From: Lingula anatina
Lineage: Eukaryota > Animalia > Brachiopoda
Length of the DNA stretch: 64,000 nucleotides
Reading direction: 5' to 3'
Assembly: GCA_051362555.1 (NCBI GenBank)
Contig: CM120640.1
Location: 19,964,001-20,028,000 of the forward strand
Shown: in pieces, positions 38,965-59,856 of the stretch
How the letters are laid out: each line of letters begins with the position of its first letter
Numbering within the stretch: the first letter of the stretch is position 1
Translations under genes and position numbers: made by a program
The notes under the pieces: model-generated
The model's database searches: none
Seen by the model: the letters and a program-made list of their open reading frames with translations, nothing else
Told to the model about the DNA's origin: nothing

Positions 38965-39780
38965 AGTTTTTCAGGGGTGTCTCAATGTGTTAACGTCCTT
39001 CACCTTTTATGACCCACTTTACTCTGACCAAGACAAGATTTCAAAAATCACGGATTTTTTAGGCAAATTTTGTATCCAAACAAATTGAAAACAAAATTAA
39101 ATATTGCTATTTTCATTTTTTTCTTTTCTTTTTTTCAAAAAACATACGTACCATCATTCGATTGTATTTTATAACTCTTACTTTGTGAGCCTCCGTAAAA
39201 CCGCGGCTCCGCATTTGACATCTCCCGCCATTTTCAAGAGGTACACAAGTAGGTTTCAAATAGGTCTTATGCATTAGCCAGAACGTTGGTCCACGCGTTT
39301 TCATTGTTGCTTTATGCTTTTATAAAGGTTTGTCTAAGACAGGAGTGCTTCTTTCGTGCATTTACATCATGGGTATTGTCTCCAGATTCCATTAATTTGA
39401 CACTGGATTATCTCTGCATACCGGTAGAATTTAGAAATTAGTACTGCATCTACTACTGTGTATAGTGCATTTGGTTTGGTCAGCCAAAGTAAAAAGAAAT
39501 GTTTGTATCAAGTCACCACGTCTAACTCGCTAGCCATTCTGATCTCATCTGTGATCTTTATTATCCACCGTCTGTTGCTCTTGGTTTGATTAAAAATTAC
39601 AGCTACTGTTTTATGGTTGATTTACGAGCCACAGGTACAATATATATTATATATATTGATACAAAAATACACACATATAGAAGCAATTAGTATCTCCAGC
39701 TTTAGTCAATGTCAAATTAATTTTTCATAACCATTTCATCTGCAATTCATTTAATGTAGCCTGTAGGAAGAGAAGAGAAA
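38965..39780. promoter_or_regulatory. Bidirectional promoter region between the MCC-beta-like gene and POLD1, with a probable non-coding POLD1 exon 1
   Basis: Start codons are 817 bp apart and divergent. CpG cluster at 39190-39300, YY1-type CCGCCATTTT (39225-39234), donor AG|GTACAC at 39240/39241, acceptor TGTAG at 39762-39766 just before the POLD1 ATG. Confidence 0.65.
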
Positions 39781-49805
<10,025 letters not shown>

Positions 49806-50299
49806 GGGCAGACACAATGGAAACAGTTGGCATCACTAGAGAAATACCAAGTAGACTGTTAAACAGCTTGTGTACTTTGTAATTGCAGCTTTTCTGAAAA
49901 GTGAAAGGACATTAAACTTGCTGTTCTGTACAGATAGGTGTGAACAGAAAGGTGTGAACAAAATAACTAAAATTCATTTCATTTGAGAAGTAATTGAAAG
50001 TGCATTAACCATGTAGCTATTCACCAACAATGACCAAAAATTTAAAAAATTACATCAGGTTTCAATATTTGCACTCTGATATTGCACTGCCTGGCTATTA
50101 AGGATATCAAACTGTATTTTTAGAACTGTGATGTTGCCAGATACATTTGTCACAGGATATGATCAATATTTTATATCTTCTTTATATTGGCAATATTAAA
50201 TAATCCAGCTGTTTTTGTAGACTTGATGAAACGTGTATGTTGGTATATAAGATCAATGCATTTTTGTAAAATCCGTTGGTATACTGGCTACTTACCATA

Positions 50300-50309
50300 A
50301 ATAAATAAA
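50300..50309 (+). terminator. Probable POLD1 polyadenylation signal (overlapping AATAAA x2)
   Basis: AATAAATAAA ~500 nt after the stop codon. Confidence 0.55.
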
Positions 50310-50646
50310 AATATTTTTCATGCAATTCCCATCTTAGTTTCAAAATTTAAGTCTAAATGAAAAGACTTTTACACATAAAAAGGTGTTTTCAATTTAAAAC
50401 GCCTTCAATAATTTCTGTCCATATCAATGTATTTTCGGTATTTTTTTTTCAGTGAAAAAGTTTACTGGATATATATATTTGCTGTAAAGAACACCCGTTT
50501 TTACTTTGCTAGCACTGTCCTGAAATGGTACTTAGAAAGCTGAATACCAGGGTACTGTTTCAGGGTTGCGACAGCGGAAATTTTCAGAAAGTTACGCAAT
50601 CGCAGCGCAATAATGTGCGCTTTGATATGGGTTGAAAGCAGTCTAA

Positions 50647-50903
50647 GGCTTCATTCACATGCAATGTCTATTTTCTAAATTCTATTTTCTATTCGCGGTA
50701 TGTCTTATGATCACGGTCTGTGCCCTAAATATCCCGCGGCGTAATTACTGGCAGCGCGAGCCAGTTACTATAAGTTACTATAAGTAACTGGCTCGCGCTG
50801 CCAGTAATTACGCGGCGGGATATTCAGGGCACAGACCGTGATCATAAGATAGCGCGAATAGAAAATAGAATTTAGAAAATAGACATTGCATGTGAACGAA
50901 GCC
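50647..50903. mobile_element. Fold-back (near-perfect palindromic) Harbinger-type MITE, 257 bp
   Basis: Arms of ~120 bp, GGCTTCATTCACATGCAATGTCTATTTTC... / ...GAAAATAGACATTGCATGTGAACGAAGCC, with few mismatches; 3-bp TSD TAA at 50644-50646 and 50904-50906. Confidence 0.9.
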
Positions 50904-51289
50904 TAAATTTTAGCTGCCGCGTGGTGAGTGTTGCCTTGGTAGTATGTTAAAAGTCTATAGCAGAGCTTCACGGAAAACGCAGATAAGGACACCGATGATG
51001 TGAATGAAAAAGATTGATAGAATTGATGAAAGAAGTTCAATTGCAAAGGAGGAAATGGGCGTTTTTTTTGTTTTTTTTTTTTCAATTAAAAGACCTACCC
51101 GGTACAAGCTGTATTCGGAAACCAGACCGGCAAGAGAGACATCGTGGCGTAGGGACGTAATTCGCTATGAAAGAAGTGGAAAAGGGTCGTGTAACTCTTC
51201 GGATTTGAGGATTTCCGAGTGCATTTTCTCCTAGAAAAAACATTGCATAGAATAAAAATGAAGGTACGTGTGGGGGGGGGGGGCAGGTA

Positions 51290-53010
51290 CGAAATTTTAA
51301 AAGATTAGTCTTTATTCAACTGTAGATTAAGTCGCTTACTTGAATCTGTTAATTTTCCCCGATTTTGTTATATAGTGCAGTGAAAAAGAATTGCAAGTAA
51401 GTTCACACTCGCTTCATAAAATGACTTCTGTAAAGACATGTAAAGGGTAACAAAGATGACGTAATTTTATTGCTAACAGAGGGATGATCAGCTCACGTGC
51501 TGTAGGGCTTGACAGCGAATAGCTTTTGGCGCCTTGAAGTCGGCCTGTCATCTGGAGAGAACACTAGTGGTAAGGAATTGCTGTGCTGTCTAAGAATACT
51601 AAAATGTAGGTATTTCCATGCTGGAATTACATATAGGAAAAAAGCAAAACAAGAAAATATCATACTCAGTTAAACCCCAGGGTTCATTAACGTATCTCTA
51701 TCTGTTAGAAAATATTCAATTGCGTTTTTTTTTTTTTTTTAAATAAAATAACGATCAATAGTAAAAATGCCAATGTGAAGTTTTACTGCGTACTAGGTAC
51801 TTGTAGATAGACTCAGACAGGAACCTACCTCCTGAGTCAACTAAGATGAAAATCTTAGAAAAGTAAAAGGATGGACTGTGCGCCCTGGAAGTCGACAAAG
51901 GCGGAGGGTATAAAATTGTTTCAAGTGGTGATGGCTGGACAAAACGATAGAATAAATATTTCGGGAATGGAGGTGACGCACTGACGGTCACAGTGGGCCA
52001 ACACATGCAATTCAAGGTACAGTGGCTTTCATTATATATGTCTAGTCGGTATAAATTATTTAAAGGTTAAACCTCATATTTTGCTTAAATGTACATTCGA
52101 TCGCTTAATTGGATCTTTTATAAGAAATTTGCCTTCCTGATTTTGTTATAGATCTGCACGAAAACGGATAGGCCTATTACATTGTTACAAGCAAGTTCAG
52201 ACTCGCCGCCCAAGTACAGTAACCCCGCCTTTCAATTCCATGTAAGTCACTGTGTATCCATAAAAGGAGATGAAGTGACGTCATGTTTATTGCCGACAAG
52301 CTGGATAAAAGGCTCACGCGAGCTGTCAAAATATGACAGCGCATAGCGTTTGGCGCCTACAAGTCGAGTCTTCGTTATGTTAAGTCCGAGACGCACGTGG
52401 GCAAGTTCATTCGTGGTAGCGGCAGTGGGAGGACGAGGTCGCTGGAGAAGAGCTCTAAGCTTGGAGTTATCTATTAGCGCACAGGGTAAAGTTTTCTCCA
52501 CGAGCGACGAAATATCAAACGCGACAGGTCAGCGGTGTAAGACGTGTAGCAACCAATGTACTTGTCCGACAACAGCAAGCTCTTGTGTGTGGTGGGCGAG
52601 GAGTGCACTTGGATCAAGGGATTGGAGGCTTTATTTCAGCGCACACGGGGAAAGCTTTCTCCACGTGCGGTGAAAATATCAAACGGACAGGTCAGTCGCA
52701 GGTATAGCCTACATGTAGCAGCAAATGACTTATGCGACAACAGCAAGCTCTCGTGTCCGGTGGGTGAGGAGCGCATTGGGATTAAAAGAATTGGAGACTT
52801 CTGCGGGGATTTGTCGTGGAATTTTACAGTGGAAGTATTACACCGCGATGAGTTTCACTAAACAGAAGGAAAAACCAAAACATTAGACCTTGCGGTACTT
52901 GTCCCATTCAGTTATCAGTAATGTATCCCCTGGACAAGACGATAAAGTAACAGCTTTTCGGGATTTTAGGTGACAGTCACATGAGCCAACACGTGTAAGG
53001 TACAGCGACT
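51290..53010 (+). repeat. Old tandem duplication of a CpG-rich, promoter-like cassette (two units), with a younger ~163-bp duplication inside unit 2
   Basis: Collinear blocks in both units: GATTTTGTTATA..AAGTTCA(C/G)ACTCGC; TGACGT(A/C)A..TTTATTGC; TGACAGCG.ATAGC.TTTGGCGCCT; CTGGACAA.ACGATA; GCCAACAC.TG..AAGGTACAG. Internal repeat starts at ~52480 and ~52642. Confidence 0.7.
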
Positions 53011-53020
53011 TAAATTTTAT

Positions 53021-53087
53021 TTTTATGTACAGACACACGGTGTCTGTGCATATATCCATCACCTGCGTTGCCGTGCACTGTTAACGC
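53021..53087 (+). mobile_element. Short 5'-end fragment of the second Helentron/HINE family
   Basis: TTTTATGTACAGACAC-ACG-GTGTCTGTGCATA..CCATCACCTGCGT..GCCGTGCACT..GTTAAC matches the reverse complement of 16117-16227. Confidence 0.7.
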
Positions 53088-54192
53088 ATTCTCTTTCAAT
53101 CATTTTCAATATGTAGGTCCTTTTGAAGAAAACGGAGAGAAATGAAGGTAAACATTTTCTGCGAATTCTGCTTTTTTTCTAAATCTGGTGAAGGAAAGTG
53201 TTAACTCTTGTTGTCTTGTGTAAATCATTGAAATGATTTTAACTCATGCCTTGCTGGAAAGGGAAATTTTCGTACTCAGTAAGGAATGTTTTGGCTTATT
53301 TTACTAACGAAAGTTTTATAAATAACTCTTTGGGATAATATTTACATGATATTAATACTAAAATAAGTACACTGCGCTTTAGGGTATTAAGAAGTACGCG
53401 TTCATTACAATGAGACAGTGCACATGGTAACAAGGTAGTGCAAATTGATCTTTGAGAATGCAGTTTTGCCGCGATTCGCGTAAAACATTTGACTGTGCCC
53501 TGTTACCAAATTGTCTTGCTAATAGTGCATGTAATTAAAGTAAGGATGTTATATATTAAAGAAAAAAAAATTGAAGTAACTGAAACTAATGACTGCACCA
53601 AAAGGCGTAACGAGTTTTTTTTTAATACCAGGCGAACGTAGTCGCATGCTATTTATTGAGTTATGTAAAAAAAAAAAAAAATACCTTTTAGGCATTTTCT
53701 GAGACGAAGGATGCCATACTCGCTCTTGACAAGATGCAGATTTTCTACTTAAGATGAAAATCATCCGATTGGAGAATAACAATTGAAAAAATGTTAAAAG
53801 GACCTATTTATTGAGCATGGGTGCATTTTTATTTTATTTTATTTATTAATTTTTGTTATTACTATTATTTGTTTTTTGAAAACCTCGTTTGGTATATGGC
53901 ACTGAAATGTATGTGCATGTCATGTCCCTGTAGCAGCTTTTTACCTACATTTTACTTAATTTTTAAATTATTTATATATTTTTATTTTATGTATTTATTT
54001 AATTATTTATTTATTATTATTTTTTTTATTTTTGATGTTGTTGTTGTTGAAGTTATGCATTTTAGGGGGTAGGGTTAATTTCCACCAAATGGTATTCTCT
54101 TATGGTTATAAAGATTGGTGGTGATAGTGCTATTAAACATTGTAATGAGTGCGTAATATTGATTTTTTTTTTTCCACTGGTGTAGGAAACGT

Positions 54193-54714
54193 TGCAAAAA
54201 GGAAATCTTGTTACTTATTACTTCAAGAAATTTTTAGGATAATGTAATTCACCTCGAATAGGAAATATGATATAATTGGATTTTCTTGGAAGTTATGCCA
54301 TTTTTGTGTACGAATTTTTGTTTAGGGTGGTGTTTTTCTATTCTTGTTACTTTTTCTGTATGAGCATGTTACCCATATTACATAATTAAAAAATTGTTGG
54401 TAATGTTGTTATCTAATTTACATTATTACACTGCATGAATGTATTCATGTTACCTGCAAAAAGGAAATCTTGTTACTTATTACTTCAAGAAAATTTTAGG
54501 ATAATGTAATACACCTCAAATAGGAAATATGGTTTAATTGGATTTTCTTGGAAGTTATACCATTTGTGTGCGAATTTTTGTTTAGGGTGGCGTTTTTCTA
54601 TTCTTGTTACTTTTTCTGTATGAGCATGTTACCCATATTACATAATTAAAAAATTGTTGGTAATGTTGTTATCTAATGTACATTATTACACTGCATGAAT
54701 GTATTCATGTTACC
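54193..54714. repeat. Recent 262-bp tandem duplication
   Basis: TGCAAAAAGGAAATCTTGTTACTTATTACTTCAAG starts at 54193 and 54455; the copies differ at only a few positions. Confidence 0.95.
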
Positions 54715-56300
54715 AGGCAATTACTATACTGTTTAGAACTGTGTTAATAATGCATTTTAAATTGACAACTGTTGTGCACTGCTATCAGTGTTCTGTTTAC
54801 TGTTTTACATTTTTACTACCTTGTTACATAGAGTAGTGGATTTTACGATTGTCTATAGTGGAAATTATTTTCTGTAATTTGGTATTATGTATGTTTTTCT
54901 GGAGTAATCGTGAATTTGTTTAAATCAATGTGAAAAATGTGGATCAAGCTAGGCATGTTTCAATAGACATTTTCTTGTTACATTGTCGCATTACGACTAG
55001 TGAGTAAGCTACTGAACTATTGAGGATAGAATTGTCAGTACGTAATAAAATTTTGTTTGATAAATAGCTAGGTATGATAAATGCGTAAATTTTATTTTGA
55101 CATGTTTAGATAATATCATATGTTTTTAATATAGATGATAGATCTGATACAGTTAAGCTTATGTGAAAAAAAAAAAACGTTGGTCTACATTGATCACAGG
55201 GTGTGATTGTACTGGGTTAGGAAATTATTGTATCGCATACGTAAAGTTTTGGGCTTGGACAAAATATACGTATAATTCGTGTTCGAGAGTAAATTTTATC
55301 TGAACATTTTGATATCAGAGGATAAGGGTCAGTGAGTTATCTCCAAATAGATATAGTACACCTTACAATTAGCTTCGCACACGGCACACATGTACATGTG
55401 ATTGATGTGGCCAAAGAGCTTACCATAGACAACCTACATATGTAACACCCAAGATGCTACTGAAACTATCTATGGAGGAGACAAAAATTCTTCTATTAGG
55501 CATTTGAGCTGTAGGAATAAATCAAACAAGTGAAAAGTTGGTCTATGAAGGAGATATTTGAAGTGATTCCTATTCATGAGACGATACCTGCACCGACTAT
55601 TCGGACAAGTGAAAATAGGAATGTGTTTCTAAAAAAGAAGTTTAGCTTTGTGGCTGGCCCCGAGGCTTACCTCTTACCCTGGGTATTCAAATTTCTGATG
55701 TATATTTGTATGTATAAGTATGAATTTGTTGAATAAAGTTTTTATGTGGTGTGGGTGGCTTTCTTACCCCCAACCATATTTTCCGTGTGCAGCATAAATT
55801 AATCACACACAGACACAGGATTTATTCCATCATTTGTATAGTGTACTATTCAGTGCAGAGGTTTTCAAAGTCAGCTACATGTACGTGAATGTTAAGGAAG
55901 ATTGGGGGTAGTGAGATTAGTTAAAACACTTTCGACCTTAAGAAGTCGACTGAGAATGATGTAGGTGTAACAGGAAATGAAGTTTGCTAGGAACTGTTGA
56001 CTGCTTCCACTTTGTACAGGTAACAGTTGTCCGATATATAATACACCAATTCTCCCAACTAACCCTAATCTGTACTAGTCACATGGGAGCTGAAATTATC
56101 ATTCGTAAAACTTCCATTCCTGTCACACCGGGTTTAAAAATGACCCCAAGACATACCGACAGATGCAATATCATTATTTTGCAAGTGTAATGATGTATGG
56201 TTCATAATTGCCGGGGAAAAAATACGCCTGATGTCAGGTGGAAGAATTTGCCGCGGGGCGGGGTAAAGTAGCACCATATATATATATATATAAAACAATT

Positions 56301-56401
56301 TTGTAGAAGGCGGGACGGACATTCAAGCCGGATTATCTGACAGTAATCTAGTGAGACTCTCCGCGGGGATAGATCAATTTAAAATCTCTGGGAATACAAC
56401 C
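56301..56401. mobile_element. Truncated MITE family A copy
   Basis: GGCGGGACGGACATTCAAGCCGGATTATCTGACAGTAATCTAGTGAGACTC...GGGAATACAACC matches the right half of 60566-60780. Confidence 0.8.
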
Positions 56402-57006
56402 TAGGGGATTTGTCGTCAAATTGCCCTTTAGCTTAAACTGCTCTAATGCCTGGGATGCAAACTGTAGCTGTTAGGAGGTAAGTAATTATTGTTTAGTCTT
56501 AAAGCTGCAGTAGACGTGTCGGAAATGTAAGCTGCTTAATCCGAAGGCAAATTAATGAATCCTTGATGGGTCGGTTCAGCTGGATTGATTTGAACGTGAG
56601 AATGGTGTCTTAAGTTAGCGGGGCCACTTAGCTTGGAACAAGTAGGCAACCCTCATTTTTCTTCTTTTCTTAATGTGGACTAGCTGTTGTAAGGTTTTGT
56701 AAACATTTATGACCATATCATATGGTAAACAACGCTATCATCCAACGGTATCTGCCTCACATAGACCACAAAATTAGCACAGATTTTAAAAAATAATATT
56801 TTTAAATAAAATATTAAAAAAATATATTTGATGGGGTTTTCATGTACTGAAACCTGTTCAAGCGTAGGGTGCCAACTTGTCCTAGGATCATTTTGCTGCG
56901 CCACGGGTGACGTTTGGTTGACTCAACTGACATAAGTATTGGCCTACTTTTGTGAAAATGAACCATACTGCATTACACTTGCAATATAATCATGAACAAT
57001 GACTTA

Positions 57007-57222
57007 AGTTGTATTCCCAGAGCTTTTAGATCGATCCATCCCCGCGGGGAGTCTCACTAGATTACTGTCAGAGAATCTGGCTTAAATGTCCGTCCCGCCT
57101 ACTACAAGCTGTAAGGGGGTAATTAACTTTTGTGTCCGCCCGGCTGACAGTTATTTAGCGTGAACCCCCCCGGGAGTTGGGTCGATCTAAAGTAGATCGA
57201 TCTTATCTCTGGAAATGGGGTC
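57007..57222. mobile_element. PIF/Harbinger-type MITE, family A
   Basis: Ends AGTTGTATTCCCAGAG / CTCTGGAAATGGGGTC; TSD TTA at 57004-57006 and 57223-57225. Confidence 0.85.
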
Positions 57223-58074
57223 TTATGCTTACGTACGTAGCCTACTGTAGGGCCTACGTTGTAGGGGTCTATCTGTAATCGTGTTACACTATATAAAAGT
57301 CAGGCGCTCGCCTTAAACCTACTTTAATTCTCAGTTGGCTCTCTTAATAAGGACAGTGTCTCAACTGGATTCACTAGATAGTGCCCCTTACCGTTCCTGC
57401 AGGTGACTCTGCATGAGAACTTAGCTCTCGCTATTAGGGGTATGAAGTCGGCCCACTGTACCACAGTGTAAAAAATATTTTGGTGAATTAATTAAGGAAG
57501 GTGTGTCACTATCTTTTGATAATACTCTGTAAATCTGGCAAGGCGGCCCACCTGTTTCAGTGTTTTCTCTTTTAGGTTCCGAAGTGGCCAAATTATGTGA
57601 ACTGGATAATTTTCCTGTTATTCATGAAATGCTTCGATGTAGTCGCATGGAAAAGTTGGATCAACGGACTAGCATTGTAGTGCCTAAATAACCAGCTCAA
57701 AGTTGTAGTGTAACAAACACGGATTGAGGGAATGTCCTTATGGCGTAAGACCTACAGGAAAAAGTCCCGTTTTCTGTGATTGCGAATCGACCTGCTAAAC
57801 TTATTGTGTGTGATGAATGTGAATTTACACATGCGAGATTCGTAGCGTTTGATTGGCTGCTTCAGTCTCCCTCTAACAGTGATTGGTGGAAAAGATTGCG
57901 CATTAATCCGGCGTTAACAGCACAGGCAACGGAATGTCTCGTAGCTATTTTCTTTTAAGTGTTTATATTCACACTTTTTATCTGCTGTTGTGTTACTTTA
58001 GCAACATTTAATTATGAAGAGGCAAATTGTCAGACCAAAATCATGCACTCTCGAAGCTGAGCACCTTCTAACAC

Positions 58075-58162
58075 GGCTCCGTGGCGCAATGGATAGCGCG
58101 TCGGACTTCTAGAGTATAGAAAAGTAATTCGGAGGCTGTGGGTTCGAGTCCCACCGGAGTCG
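58075..58162 (+). tRNA. trnR-TCT: tRNA-Arg(TCT) with a 15-nt intron (58112-58126)
   Basis: Acceptor stem GGCTCCG/CGGAGTC; A-box TGGCGCAATGG; anticodon TCT at 58108-58110; intron at the canonical 37/38 site, with TAGAA able to pair with the anticodon loop and a C32:G anticodon-intron pair; B-box GGTTCGAGTCCC; downstream T-runs. Confidence 0.96.
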
Positions 58163-59075
58163 GTTACATTTTCGTTTTTGTAGATATGGTTTCCTGTAAG
58201 TGGCAACCTGTCTATCAATCTAACGTAAAATTGAAATCAGCCCAGCTGGTATGGCTAGAACGGTGGTGAGTGCATCTTCTCTTTCTAAGTTTTCACCCAT
58301 CTGGAGGGATTAAAACATCTCGTTCAGGGAAAATATAAAATGTGGATCATTCATATTCTCTCTCATTTTCATATTGGACATAAACTCCGACAGTGGAACT
58401 CAAGGCGAAGATTTGAGCAATGGGAATGTAATGTTACTGACATAATAGGCATCTCACCAGGTTCTGAATCAAATTTGAACAGGTCCATCAGATGTGAATT
58501 GGACCAAAATGACGATCTTTTTACATAACAAGTAGAGGAAAGAGCACTCGCTCAGACTGCCCTGGCATGCAACAAGATCAAATGGTCTTGGAAAGACTTC
58601 ATAATGCAAAGCTGAAGGTGTGAGGCTGAGGCAGACAGAAGTAAGAACAACATCAAAGAGAGGACAGACATTTTTTCCAAATCGAGGCATTGGCAAACTA
58701 CCAAAAAGAATGGAAATCACTAATGTTTGCTGTGCAGAGAGTTAATGCAGTGCCTCCATGATCCCATACCACAGAAAAAACAGAGAGAGATATCCTGTGT
58801 GCCGATATGTAATACATTTATTAGTACACAAGCATTGGAGCTTGATGATGTGTCACTATAAATAAAGTTAATTTTGATTAGCTAACATGACTATTGTATC
58901 AAGAAAAGATCCCTATGTAGGTTCAATGTAATTGTTGTTGCATATGTTTCAGTTATGGATTTTTTTTTTCAAGTATAACATAAAATGTTAATCAGAGGAG
59001 ATCTGAGATTTTATCCAATTCAATTCAATTTTTCATTTATGACAATCAGTTAATACCAACAAATGCCTGGCTTAT

Positions 59076-59107
<32 letters not shown>
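59076..59107. repeat. (ATC)n microsatellite
   Basis: Direct reading. Confidence 0.95.
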
Positions 59108-59856
59108 ATTTCTGTTCTGTTTACTCTTGGGGCTTATACACCAGGTGTTCAGATTCTGTTTGTTGTGTTGCAAGTTCATAAGTAGCAAACTTTACTTGCA
59201 GGCCCATTTTGTTACACATTTCATACCCAAAACTGTGACAAATTATGCATTATTCTTTCCATTGCCTCCCCCTTCCAAACTACTAGTTCAAACACTCACC
59301 ATCAAAGACAGATGCATTTGCTTTATTTGTTCATTTTTACTTTATTCACTTACTTTATAATACAGTTGCTAAGTGAATATAACTGTTTTTGACATCAAGT
59401 ACAATCTCTTTTTGGTAAACTGTATGCTGTGCACAGACATGCAAAAAAAATTAATCAATGGCACTGACTGATGAAGATATTTAATGAGATATGAATGAAT
59501 TTCCACTACATTGTGTGAAATGTAAGCTTAGTGCTCAACCTTTTTACATTGAAATATATCCACTTCGTAAGGCATATTTTATATATATGGAAGTTTTTCT
59601 TTAGTTGGCTAGGATGTTTAAGTGCCCTCTTCTATTATCAACGTGATTTTACATTTTCAAAATGTTACACCTCTCAAGCCACAAGTAAGCAACTTTTCAC
59701 TCTGATGCATGCATTTTCATGCCCATGTTATAGAAAGTATGCTTTTGGTTTTGCTGTCATTCTGTTGCTTACTCTGACTGGTAGTAGTACATATTGTTTG
59801 GCTTTTTGTTAGCTTCACATAGTTTTACATTCATATAGCTTCATATAGTCTTCCAT

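Noticed and set aside
52247-52861. Overlapping ORFs in the GC-rich block; also a superficial RNase MRP/P-like GGGGAAAG
   Set aside because: The reading frame is not conserved between the duplicated 163-bp units, and the other conserved RNase P/MRP regions were not found.
56059-56068. CTAACCCTAA, resembling a telomerase RNA template
   Set aside because: A 10-mer is plausible by chance; no evident pseudoknot or H/ACA domain, and the surroundings are TE fragments.
58340-58745. Coding-like purine-rich stretch after the tRNA
   Set aside because: Multiple stops in every frame and no recognisable homology; at most an unidentifiable decayed fragment.
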